Below are positions 9,031-17,910 of a stretch of DNA of 64,000 bases, one piece after another. A model generated the notes under the pieces. It was not told the origin of the DNA, searched no databases, and saw nothing but the letters and a program-made list of their open reading frames with translations. Source of the DNA: a bacterium (GTDB taxonomy: Bacteria > Patescibacteriota > Patescibacteriia > UBA1558 > UBA10009); assembly GCA_018672055.1 (NCBI GenBank), contig JABHGM010000001.1, positions 608,977 through 672,976 on the forward strand. Direction: 5' to 3'. The position numbers were made by a program, and so were the translations under genes. Within the stretch, counting starts at the first letter, position 1, and every line of letters begins with the position of its first letter.

Positions 9031-9087
9031 TTTATATGTGCAGTTTTTATACCTTATTACGCATTTATTATTTTGTCAATAATATAT
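9031..9087 (-). promoter_or_regulatory. Promoter/leader repeat of family A, copy 1
   Basis: 54/57 identical to 10221-10277; TTGACA-17-TAAGGT on minus strand. Confidence 0.85.
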
Positions 9088-9111
9088 GTTATATTTTTTG
9101 TTTTATATAAT

Positions 9112-9141
9112 AAAAAAGCTCAGCAGAAATCTCTGCTGAGC
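9112..9141 (-). terminator. Terminator of the 9158-9571 cassette
   Basis: gctcagcaga-aatc-tctgctgagc with A run on + strand (U run on minus). Confidence 0.85.
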
Positions 9142-9157
9142 ACTTAGGATATATTGT

Positions 9158-9571
9158 TTAGCCTCTTAACAATGAGCTAAATTCAATTTCACCATAACGT
9201 GAGTTTGTTTCGTATCGAAGCTTTGCTTCAACATGTGTGTCCAATGAATTTTTATCACGTTTTTTACCTGTTGAAATATTGCCATGCACTAAGATGTACC
9301 ATACACCTTTGCCCATGTTTGTTAACGTGATTACGGATTTAACTATGAGAAAGTACTTTTTATGTAAATCTACAATACCAAGTTTTTCCATCTCCACCCC
9401 AGGTCCAAAATTTTCTGTATATGTGGTAACTGGATCACCGGGAGTGAATTTAAACCATAATGGATCTACAAATATGATTTTATTTTGATGAATAAAGGCT
9501 GCGCAGATCTCAGATCTACGTGGGCCATTATCAATTTTTGGCATAACATGTGGTGTTCTTGGTGTTGTCAT
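9158..9571 (-). CDS. Orphan hypothetical protein (stand-alone cassette)
   Basis: Start moved to ATG 9571 behind SD aaggag; promoter TTGACA-17-TATAGT near 9693-9721. Confidence 0.72.
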   Translation of the reverse strand: MTTPRTPHVMPKIDNGPRRSEICAAFIHQNKIIFVDPLWFKFTPGDPVTTYTENFGPGVEMEKLGIVDLHKKYFLIVKSVITLTNMGKGVWYILVHGNISTGKKRDKNSLDTHVEAKLRYETNSRYGEIEFSSLLRG

Positions 9572-9742
9572 ACAACAACTCCTTTCTTTTTTGCGCTTAT
9601 AAGGGCACATTCCTTGTTGCTTTGTTCTTAATGAGCCACCTACCCATACAGGCAGGGATTTTGTTAACCAATACCTTATCGATTAACAGGTTACTATATA
9701 CTAGCATTTATAAATTGTCAATGCTAGTTTTTAAATTTTAAT

Positions 9743-9779
9743 AAAAAAGAACCGTCTTAAATTATCTGACGGTTCTGAT
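9743..9779 (-). terminator. Terminator of cassette family A, copy 2
   Basis: agaaccgtc...gacggttct; compensatory base pair relative to copy 1. Confidence 0.82.
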
Positions 9780-9785
9780 GAAATA

Positions 9786-10196
9786 TTATTCCTTGATTTC
9801 TAGAAATACTAATTCGAATTTAATTTCTAACTTTTTCTCGTCTCTAGAAAGGTTTATGGGGAAGAATGTAAGATTAATTATTACGTTTCCATTCCATTTT
9901 TTTTCTAATAATTCAAATTTATTTTGAGTAAGGAATTTATCTTCAAAATAATATTTTCCTATATCATTACCTTCTAATACTATAGAAATTTTTTCTTTAT
10001 ATAGTAACTTCTCTAGTATACTATAGTCTTGAATAAAATCTTTTAGGTTATCTGGTGTCTTATGCAGAAAAGTTCTAATTACGTTAGATTCATATTCATC
10101 TCCCATTTTAATCATTTTTTTAACACTTTCAAGTATTTCTGATCTGGCTAGAATGGCTTCTAACAAATGTTTTTCTTTTACATCACCTATAGCCAT
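9786..10196 (-). CDS. Hypothetical protein, cassette family A member 2
   Basis: Paralogue of 8616-9011; SD aaggag. Confidence 0.8.
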   Translation of the reverse strand: MAIGDVKEKHLLEAILARSEILESVKKMIKMGDEYESNVIRTFLHKTPDNLKDFIQDYSILEKLLYKEKISIVLEGNDIGKYYFEDKFLTQNKFELLEKKWNGNVIINLTFFPINLSRDEKKLEIKFELVFLEIKE

Positions 10197-10220
10197 GATT
10201 ACTCCTTTTTGGCTTATTTT

Positions 10221-10277
10221 TTTATATGTTCAGTTTTTATACCTTATTACTCATTTATCATTTTGTCAATAATATAT
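10221..10277 (-). promoter_or_regulatory. Promoter/leader repeat of family A, copy 2
   Basis: 54/57 identical to 9031-9087. Confidence 0.85.
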
Positions 10278-10331
10278 ATATAAATAACTAAAACATTGAC
10301 AAAATAAGAGAAAAATGATAGACTCAGCATT

Positions 10332-12050
10332 ATGATTTCAAAAGACAAAATTAAAACGTTTAAAGAACTAGGTTTAAAGGAAGATATAATGAAAAGTTTG
10401 GATGATTTAGGTTTTGAAAAGCCTACACCTATTCAAGCTGAAACTATTCCTTTCATTTTAAATTCTAAAAATGATTTAGTTGCTTTAGCACAAACTGGTA
10501 CTGGTAAAACAGCTGCTTTTAGTTTACCTATTTTAAACCAAATAAGTACTAATAAAAGAAGCTTAGATGCTTTTATACTATGTCCTACTCGTGAACTAGC
10601 TATACAAATATCAAGGGATATTGAATCATATACTAAACATACTAAAGGTATTAGTGTTACTGCTGTATATGGTGGTACTAGAATAGATTTACAGATTAGA
10701 ACACTAAGAAGAGGTGTAAATATTGTAGTTGGTACACCAGGTAGAGTACATGATTTAATTAGAAGAAATGTACTTAAATTAAACAGTGTTAAATGGTTAG
10801 TTTTAGATGAAGCTGATGAGATGCTAGATATGGGGTTTAAAGACGATCTAGACGCCATTTTAGAGCAAACACCGGATACTAGGCAGACATTACTGTTCTC
10901 AGCTACTATGTCTCGTGGTGTAAGTAATATTGCTAAGAATTATATGAAAAAGGCTAAAGAGATAAGTGTTGGTAGTAGAAATACTGGTGCTGAAAATGTT
11001 ACTCATGAATATTATGTAGTTCAAGCTAGAGATAGATTTGAAACACTAAAACGTATTTTAGATTGTATTCCTGATGTTTATGGTATATTATTTTGTAGAA
11101 CTAGACGTGAAACACAAGATGTTGCTGATAAGTTAAGGCAAGCTAAGTATCAAGCAGAAGCAATACACGGAGATGTTTCTCAGAGTAATAGGACTAAGAT
11201 AATGGATAGGTTTAAGAATAAGCATATTAAATTACTAGTTGCTACTGATGTAGCTGCTCGTGGTATTGATGTTAAAGATTTAACACATATTATTAATTAT
11301 AATCTACCTGATCAAAATACTTCATATACTCATAGAAGTGGTAGAACAGGTAGAGCAGATAAGAGTGGTATAGCTATATCCATAGTTGGACCAAGAGATA
11401 TTAGAAAGATTAAAGAATTAGAAAAGGCTTTAAATAAGCCATTTGAGTATAAACAAGTACCAAGCGGTAAAGATATACATGAAAGACAAATTGATAATTT
11501 TATTGATTCAATTAAAGTATCTGATTCTGAAAAAATTGATGCCAAGTTTCTTGAAGATATTACTCATAAATTAAAAGGAGTTAAGAAAGAAGATTTAATA
11601 AAACATTTTGTTTCTAAAGAATTAAGTCATTTATTTAATGATAATCAAGGAACTCGTGATTTAAATAGTACTTTTAAAGCTAATGCTGAAAAGAGCAGAA
11701 CTTTAAATAATGCTACTTATTTAAAGATTAATTTAGGTAGAAAACATAGATTTAATATCAAAACATTATTTGCTATGATCAATTCTAGTAATAAGTTACG
11801 TGGCATGCATATTGGACAAATAGATTTACATCCAGAGTATTCTACATTTGCTGTTGAAAAAAAGTATGTATCAGAAGTAATCAATTCTTTAAATAAGAAT
11901 AAGTTTAGTAAAATGCCAGTTGAGGTTAGTGTAAGTAATGATCAAATTACTGAAGCTACAGATAATTTTTCAAGAAAAAGAAATAGAAGAAAGAATAAGA
12001 GTCCTAGAAGAAATAAAGGTAATAGAGGTGATTACAGAAGACGTAGATAA
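10332..12050 (+). CDS. deaD: DEAD-box RNA helicase with DbpA-type C-terminal RNA-binding domain and basic tail
   Basis: Q motif, AQTGTGKT, PTRELA, DEAD, SAT, HRSGRTGR. Confidence 0.92.
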   Translation: MISKDKIKTFKELGLKEDIMKSLDDLGFEKPTPIQAETIPFILNSKNDLVALAQTGTGKTAAFSLPILNQISTNKRSLDAFILCPTRELAIQISRDIESYTKHTKGISVTAVYGGTRIDLQIRTLRRGVNIVVGTPGRVHDLIRRNVLKLNSVKWLVLDEADEMLDMGFKDDLDAILEQTPDTRQTLLFSATMSRGVSNIAKNYMKKAKEISVGSRNTGAENVTHEYYVVQARDRFETLKRILDCIPDVYGILFCRTRRETQDVADKLRQAKYQAEAIHGDVSQSNRTKIMDRFKNKHIKLLVATDVAARGIDVKDLTHIINYNLPDQNTSYTHRSGRTGRADKSGIAISIVGPRDIRKIKELEKALNKPFEYKQVPSGKDIHERQIDNFIDSIKVSDSEKIDAKFLEDITHKLKGVKKEDLIKHFVSKELSHLFNDNQGTRDLNSTFKANAEKSRTLNNATYLKINLGRKHRFNIKTLFAMINSSNKLRGMHIGQIDLHPEYSTFAVEKKYVSEVINSLNKNKFSKMPVEVSVSNDQITEATDNFSRKRNRRKNKSPRRNKGNRGDYRRRR

Positions 12051-12070
12051 TATTAATTTAAATATATATT

Positions 12071-12098
12071 AAAAACATTCCCATATTGGGAATGTTTT
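12071..12098 (+). terminator. Intrinsic terminator
   Basis: aaaacattccca-tat-tgggaatgtttt. Confidence 0.8.
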
Positions 12099-12162
12099 AG
12101 TTTAAACTAGAATTATTAATATATTTTTGATATAGTATATCTATAATTTATATATATTAAAT

Positions 12163-12777
12163 ATGAATAGTGGAAAAGAATTAGTAACTGAATTAATAAA
12201 ACTTCAGACTAAATATACTAAAACAGATAGAGCAATTACTACACGTGAAAAGTATGAAGCTTTTTATTTAAATAAATTTGTTAAAGAATTAGATTTTAAT
12301 AATAAATTATTAAGAGAATCATTAATTGAACATGTAGGGCATTTACCAATTATTGCTACTTTTTTATACCCTCATATTGAGAATAGAGATAAAATAGATT
12401 TAGGTAAAACATTATTAATGTTAGCTATACATGATATTGGTGAAACTGAAGTAGGTGATGTTATAACATATAAGAAAACAAAAGAGCATCAAAATTTAGA
12501 AATAGCTGCTGCTAAAAATATACTTGATGAGTCATATATTGATATTTTTCAAGAGTTTGAAGATGTAGAAAGCTTAGAAGCTAAATTTGCTAAAGCTATT
12601 GATTCATTAGCTCCACTTTTACATGAGGTAGATTTACCAGATGTAACTGCAAAGAGATTTAAATATTTTGGTTTTAATGAAGAAACTATTATAAAAAAGA
12701 AAAGACCCCTTTTTATTTGGGATAGTGTGTTGCTAGGTATATTTGATTATTGTATTGAAGAATATAAAAAGATTTAA
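12163..12777 (+). CDS. HD-domain phosphohydrolase (YfbR/HDDC2-like)
   Basis: ES..EH, IHDIGETEVGD, EAKFAKAID. Confidence 0.85.
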   Translation: MNSGKELVTELIKLQTKYTKTDRAITTREKYEAFYLNKFVKELDFNNKLLRESLIEHVGHLPIIATFLYPHIENRDKIDLGKTLLMLAIHDIGETEVGDVITYKKTKEHQNLEIAAAKNILDESYIDIFQEFEDVESLEAKFAKAIDSLAPLLHEVDLPDVTAKRFKYFGFNEETIIKKKRPLFIWDSVLLGIFDYCIEEYKKI

Positions 12778-12851
12778 AATTAATTAGAATATATATAATA
12801 TATCACTAATTAGCGATATTTATATATATTTTTTTAATAAAGTATACATAC

Positions 12852-12880
12852 TTGACAATATTCTATAAATATGCTATTAT
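12852..12880 (+). promoter_or_regulatory. Sigma70-type promoter of the two-gene module
   Basis: TTGACA-17 bp-TATTAT with TG extension. Confidence 0.75.
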
Positions 12881-12985
12881 AGTATAATGTTTTTTGAAAA
12901 TTAAATAATTTAGAAATCAATGGTTACTGTAATGTTTACAGTAAAATAAGTAGTTTATTAGAAAGTAAGAAACACGTAAAACGTT

Positions 12986-13039
12986 TATCCAAAGGAGATA
13001 AAGATGAGTAAATATCCAAAGGAGATAAAGATGAGTAAA
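12986..13039 (+). repeat. Perfect 27-bp tandem duplication of SD plus start codon
   Basis: tatccaaaggagataaagatgagtaaa twice (12986-13012, 13013-13039). Confidence 0.95.
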
Positions 13040-13432
13040 AAAAATGAATACCGTGATGGTGCAACAATAGTAGCTAAAGAGTCAGCTTGGACTTTTTGGA
13101 GATTTTTACCACTATTACTTCTTGTTATTGTAGTAGTACTTCTGGTCGTTTGGAGTCTGAAAAGTACTGGTATCATCGGAAAGGATATTGAACGTGAAGT
13201 CGTTCAACACAGCCAGCAGTATGTTGAGTCAAAACAGGCTAAATTGCAGAATCTGTATACCAAGTATGTTGAATTACAAACAAAGGCAACAGAGGCTGAA
13301 TTTGCCGGTGTAACAGAACTGGTTGATGTATATTATGCACAGCAGAAAGCAATTTTGGTTCAGATGCGCCGAGAGGTAACAAACATTCCCTCTCATCAGG
13401 TTCCACCAGAAGTTCAGAAGCTCTTACAATAA
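13004..13432 (+). CDS. Membrane-anchored helical hypothetical protein (alternative start 13031)
   Basis: Single TM FLPLLLLVIVVVLLVVW followed by Q/E-rich helical region. Confidence 0.82.
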   Translation: MSKYPKEIKMSKKNEYRDGATIVAKESAWTFWRFLPLLLLVIVVVLLVVWSLKSTGIIGKDIEREVVQHSQQYVESKQAKLQNLYTKYVELQTKATEAEFAGVTELVDVYYAQQKAILVQMRREVTNIPSHQVPPEVQKLLQ

Positions 13433-13459
13433 AAAACTCAAATGATAAGGAGAAATGAA

Positions 13460-14083
13460 ATGAAGAAATGTAGATTATACTTTATGGGTTTACTGATTTT
13501 TGCAGTAATGATACTAACAGGCTGTAATGCATGTGCAAATAACAGTTCTGAGGCAAAAGATCAGGCAACGGTTGCTAAACAGCAGGGGATTTATCAAGAT
13601 GTGCAACCAGTGCATATCTATGATTATTCTATTCCCAGAGATATATATCAGCAGATATATGATGTTACAACGACTCAAGTTGTTGCAACATATTCCGTGA
13701 TTGAATCAATTACTGGATTAACTCGGTACGAATGTCCTTCTATGGGTTATGCTATTCCAGCTGATGTTAGTTTAACGAATCCTCTCCAGGGTACTTATAA
13801 CTTTGATAGTGTTGGAGTAGATGAGTTTTCTCAGGTAATTGAACAGGCAGAGCCTAATGGTCTATTCAGTTCAAAGAATACTGATGCCACATGGGTAATG
13901 TGTGTAGAGTTGGGAAGCGGAGAGGTGTATCCTATTTATGTAGAACATAAAGTAATGACATTTCCATTTATTATGGAAAAAAATAAGAAAGATCAATGGG
14001 TTCGAGCTGATAATAAACCAATCGCTTTCAAAATCGAAATCAAAAATGGTAATCAAGGAGGCAAACCTCCTAAGGTAAATTAA
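13460..14083 (+). CDS. Putative lipoprotein
   Basis: SD aaggag; basic N-terminus, hydrophobic stretch, LTGC lipobox; QAEPNGLF..TWVMC..PIYVE motif. Confidence 0.8.
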   Translation: MKKCRLYFMGLLIFAVMILTGCNACANNSSEAKDQATVAKQQGIYQDVQPVHIYDYSIPRDIYQQIYDVTTTQVVATYSVIESITGLTRYECPSMGYAIPADVSLTNPLQGTYNFDSVGVDEFSQVIEQAEPNGLFSSKNTDATWVMCVELGSGEVYPIYVEHKVMTFPFIMEKNKKDQWVRADNKPIAFKIEIKNGNQGGKPPKVN

Positions 14084-14103
14084 ATTTACTGACCATAAAT
14101 AAT

Positions 14104-14144
14104 AAAACCCGGCATGTATTCTGTATGTGTCGGGTTATTTTTTT
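14104..14144. terminator. Terminator between convergent genes
   Basis: aacccggcatgta-ttctg-tatgtgtcgggtt with A and T runs either side. Confidence 0.75.
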
Positions 14145-14160
14145 AATCTAAAAATATTTT

Positions 14161-15951
14161 TTATTTAGCTCTATGTACTCTAACTCTTTCGCTTTCAGTT
14201 AAAGCTTGTTTTCTTAAACGTATATTATGTGGGGTAACTTCTAAGTATTCATCTTCGCTCATTATGCTCATACCACGTTCTAGGGTTAAATCAATAGGTG
14301 GTGTTAAGTTTATTGCTTCATCAGCACCTGAGGCTCTCATATTACTTAGTTGTTTACCTTTAATTGGGTTAACTGTCATATCATCGCCTTTAGCTGCATT
14401 ACCGATTACCATACCCTCATATACTTCTGTATTAGCTGGTATATATAGTTCGCCTCTATTTTGTAAGTTATATAGTGAAAAGCCTAAGGCTTTACCTGTA
14501 GCCATTGAAATCATAGAACCTAGTTCTGTTTTTTTAATTTCACCAGCATATGGTTTAAAACCAATTACGTGAGTATATAATATGCCTTCACCCTTAGTAT
14601 CAACTACAAATTCATTCTTATAACCTAGTAATCCACGTGTTGGTATTTCAAAGATAAGTCTTGTATTACCATGTTCTGGTCCCATTTCTAAAAGGTTACC
14701 TTTTCTTTTAGCTAGTTTTTTAATAACTGCACCTGTCATATCATCTGGTACATTAATAGTTACTTCTTCAAAAGGTTCTGATTTTTTACCATCTATATCT
14801 TTAATAATAACGTGAGGTTGAGAAATTTGTAATTCATAACCTTCACGTCTCATATTTTCTAAAAGAATTGCAATATGCATTTCACCTCTACCATGTACTT
14901 TGTAATATTCTGAAACAGAGAAATCTATTTTAAGTCCTACATTAACTTCTAATTCTTTTTCTAATCTTTCTTTAATTTGAGTATTTGTAACAAACTTACC
15001 ATCTTGTCCAGCATACGGAGAGTTATTTACGTAAAAATTTAAGGAAATTGTTGGTTCATCAATACTAATTGCTGGTAGTGGTTCTTGCTTTTCATCATCA
15101 CATATTGTTTCACCAATATATATATCAGGAAGTCCAGCAATCATAACAATGTCACCGGCACTAGCAACTTTTACTTCTTCTCTGGCTACTCCTTTAAAAG
15201 TAAATAGTTTTGTAATCTTGCCTTTTCTTATAGTACCATCTACATTTTTTATAAAAATATTATCTGCTTGTTTTATAGTTCCTTGATAGATTCTACCGAT
15301 AGCTAAACGTCCTAAGTAATCATCATAAGCTAAATTAAAAGGTTGAACAGTTAAAGGTTTTTTTAAAGCCTCTTCAAGTGAAGCAACTGGTACATGTTCT
15401 AAAATAGCGTCTAATAGGGGAGTTAAATCTTTTTTTTCATCATCATAATTTGTTATAGCAACACCTTGTTTAGCTATAGCATAAAGAGTAGTAAAATCTA
15501 ATTGTTCATCAGTTGCTCCTAGATCTAAAAATAGTTCATATACTTGTTCTTGTGCTATATCAGGTTGAGCTGCTGGTTTATCAATTTTATTTATTACGAC
15601 AATTGGTTTTAAACCTAAATCAAGAGACTTCTTTAAAACAAACTTAGTTTGAGGCATTGGTCCTTCTTGAGCATCAACAACTAAAATAACACTATCAATT
15701 GATCTTAAAACACGTTCTACCTCGGAACCGAAATCAGCATGTCCTGGAGTATCAACTATATTAATCTTAGATTCTTTGTAGTAGACAGAAGTATTTTTTG
15801 AATAAATAGTAATACCACGCTCTTGTTCTAGAGCGTCGTTATCCATACTAGTATCACTGGTAGACATACCTGTTTGTTGCATTAGAGCATCAGTTAAGGT
15901 TGTTTTACCATGATCTACATGGGCTATAATTGCTATATTTCTAATAGTCAT
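14161..15951 (-). CDS. typA: Translational GTPase TypA/BipA
   Basis: RNIAIIAHVDHGKTTL, DTPGHADF, NKID, EVTP.NIRLRK. Confidence 0.97.
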   Translation of the reverse strand: MTIRNIAIIAHVDHGKTTLTDALMQQTGMSTSDTSMDNDALEQERGITIYSKNTSVYYKESKINIVDTPGHADFGSEVERVLRSIDSVILVVDAQEGPMPQTKFVLKKSLDLGLKPIVVINKIDKPAAQPDIAQEQVYELFLDLGATDEQLDFTTLYAIAKQGVAITNYDDEKKDLTPLLDAILEHVPVASLEEALKKPLTVQPFNLAYDDYLGRLAIGRIYQGTIKQADNIFIKNVDGTIRKGKITKLFTFKGVAREEVKVASAGDIVMIAGLPDIYIGETICDDEKQEPLPAISIDEPTISLNFYVNNSPYAGQDGKFVTNTQIKERLEKELEVNVGLKIDFSVSEYYKVHGRGEMHIAILLENMRREGYELQISQPHVIIKDIDGKKSEPFEEVTINVPDDMTGAVIKKLAKRKGNLLEMGPEHGNTRLIFEIPTRGLLGYKNEFVVDTKGEGILYTHVIGFKPYAGEIKKTELGSMISMATGKALGFSLYNLQNRGELYIPANTEVYEGMVIGNAAKGDDMTVNPIKGKQLSNMRASGADEAINLTPPIDLTLERGMSIMSEDEYLEVTPHNIRLRKQALTESERVRVHRAK

Positions 15952-16056
15952 AATTTAAGGGTTTAAATAAAACCGCCTCAACAGGCGGAACCTTTAATAA
16001 CTCAGGAATAATACTATATCTTTAAATAAAAGTCAAGTGTAATAGGCGTTTGTATT

Positions 16057-16085
16057 AAAAAAACCGTCATTATTGACGGTTTGAT
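16057..16085 (-). terminator. Terminator of cassette family A, copy 3
   Basis: aaaccgtca-ttat-tgacggtttgat, same stem as 8557 and 9743. Confidence 0.8.
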
Positions 16086-16095
16086 TTGATAGTAT

Positions 16096-16461
16096 TTAAA
16101 CTAAGGCAACTTTGATACTTATAACTATCCATTCATATGGCACTTGCGTAAAAGTAAATGAAATATTGTTATCCCAAGCTTTTGTTAGTTTTTCAAAACT
16201 GGCTTTTGTTGTCCGATGATCCTTAAAGACAGAATTTCTATTTTTTTCCTTAAGAATGATAGATAACTCTATTTTGCCTTTTTTTATTAAAGCCTCTATT
16301 AAGCCTGATGCTTTAATATAGTGGTGGAGCTCTTTGGGCGCAGCTTCAATTAACTTACGTATAACATCATTTTCTTTTTCTTTAAGGTCTTGAAACTTTT
16401 TTTCATATTCAGTTTCTAACTCCAACTTGGCAGTTATTAGATTAGATAACAGATTTGCCAT
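16096..16461 (-). CDS. Hypothetical protein, probable distant family A member 3
   Basis: TKASFEKLTKAWDNNI resembles the family motif; SD gagg; TTGACA-17-TAAGCT upstream. Confidence 0.72.
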   Translation of the reverse strand: MANLLSNLITAKLELETEYEKKFQDLKEKENDVIRKLIEAAPKELHHYIKASGLIEALIKKGKIELSIILKEKNRNSVFKDHRTTKASFEKLTKAWDNNISFTFTQVPYEWIVISIKVALV

Positions 16462-16559
16462 TATTACCTCGTTTTAGATTTTTGTATTATTTACTAATAT
16501 CTTTTTGTACAAGATAGGTCAGCTTACTCTTGTTATTCTATTTTGTCAAGGTTTTGGTC

Positions 16560-16862
16560 TTATTCTTCTTCAGGTTTTTCAATTTCTATTTTTTTAAATG
16601 GGTCTGTTATTTCTGAAACATCAATAATTGGGGAGTAATTGTTATTTAATTTTTCTATAACATTTTCAGTTAAATTTATATCAATTTTATTAAGTGATAC
16701 TTTATCAATATATTGTAGAATTAATTTACTATTATCTTGAATTACGTGATATTGTCTAAATATTAAAAAGAGCGAGGAAGAAATAATTAAAAGCGTTACT
16801 ATTAGTATTACTAAAGTAATGTTAATTTTAGGTAATTTAATTTTTAAATTTATTTTTTTCAT
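16560..16862 (-). CDS. Small membrane-anchored protein in PilP position of pilMNO operon
   Basis: TM segment, C-terminal DPF motif, ATGA overlap with pilO stop. Confidence 0.65.
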   Translation of the reverse strand: MKKINLKIKLPKINITLVILIVTLLIISSSLFLIFRQYHVIQDNSKLILQYIDKVSLNKIDINLTENVIEKLNNNYSPIIDVSEITDPFKKIEIEKPEEE

Positions 16863-17383
16863 ATAGTTAACCAATATGTGTAACCTAGAATATCAGCTGA
16901 AAGTGAAGTATTATTTTGCCTTATATTAATATTTTGAATTGTTAAATTATAGTTTATGCTAGATATTTCGGATAAATATTTAAGTAAATCATCAAAATCA
17001 CCATCTATTTTAAAGTTAAAAGGAATTCTTATTATATTAGGTCTAAATTCATCTTTTTGTAAATCTAGAGTTAAAGTTTGCTCTAAATTATATTTTTCAG
17101 CTATTGTTTCTAATTGTTCAATTAATTCTAATTCTTGACCTTCAGATAATAGTATTTCTTCTAACGTTGGAATTTTTTCATTTAATTCATCATATTGCAT
17201 AGCTAATTGATTAAAGTCTTCACCTGTTTTAAATTTAATTTCAAGTTGACTAGCTTCTGATTTAAATTGATTATGTACAGTGTTTAGATTACTTGAATAA
17301 GGGAAAATAAAGAATAATAAGACAATAGTTAGAATAACTAGTTGAATCAAATATTTAGTAATTTGTCCTGTATTTAATTTCAT
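16859..17383 (-). CDS. pilO: Type IV pilus assembly protein PilO
   Basis: N-terminal TM, coiled coil, G.F.DLL.YL..I pattern; operon position. Confidence 0.8.
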   Translation of the reverse strand: MKLNTGQITKYLIQLVILTIVLLFFIFPYSSNLNTVHNQFKSEASQLEIKFKTGEDFNQLAMQYDELNEKIPTLEEILLSEGQELELIEQLETIAEKYNLEQTLTLDLQKDEFRPNIIRIPFNFKIDGDFDDLLKYLSEISSINYNLTIQNINIRQNNTSLSADILGYTYWLTI

Positions 17384-17907
17384 AGTCTGTTAAAAAATCC
17401 ACTTATTTCAAAAGTAATATTTTCTCTTTGTAATATATCTGTAATAGGTGTATTTAGATCAAAGAATATTTCAGAATTTTCTAAGTTATCTTTAAATAAT
17501 AAATATTCTTCTCTAGATTCTGCGTGACCCTGCATAGTAAACTGATTTGTTTTAAGCTGAGCATTTATTTGAATAATTAAAACATTATTTGGCACTAAGC
17601 TAGCTAGCTCTTTTAAAAAGCCAGGCCAATCATTAAATGATTTTTGAATACTGTCTATTGTAGTAATTTCTTCATTTAAATAATTTATCTTATCAGTTAA
17701 TAATTTATTACTTGCAGCTACAGCACCTTTTTTTTGTTCTACGGTTCTACTTAAATTAGCTATGGTTTGATTAATTGGAATTAAACTAATAGCAATTAAA
17801 ATACTAGCAATAATTAAAAGGTTTAAGAAATTTTCTATATATAAATATACATTCCTTACTTTAAGTAATTTTTGTTGTTTAGGTGATATTAAATTTAAAT
17901 GGATCAT
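17380..17907 (-). CDS. pilN: Type IV pilus assembly protein PilN
   Basis: IHLNLI N-terminus, TM, W..FL.ELA..VP..V, G.A. Confidence 0.82.
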   Translation of the reverse strand: MIHLNLISPKQQKLLKVRNVYLYIENFLNLLIIASILIAISLIPINQTIANLSRTVEQKKGAVAASNKLLTDKINYLNEEITTIDSIQKSFNDWPGFLKELASLVPNNVLIIQINAQLKTNQFTMQGHAESREEYLLFKDNLENSEIFFDLNTPITDILQRENITFEISGFFNRL

Positions 17908-17910
17908 ATT

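Noticed and set aside
9237-9741. Plus-strand ORFs 9237-9488 and 9550-9741
   Set aside because: The minus-strand gene has promoter, SD and terminator; these have none
7905-16550. Prophage or island integrated at tRNA-Gln
   Set aside because: No duplicated tRNA 3' end, integrase or virion genes seen; deaD and typA are interspersed
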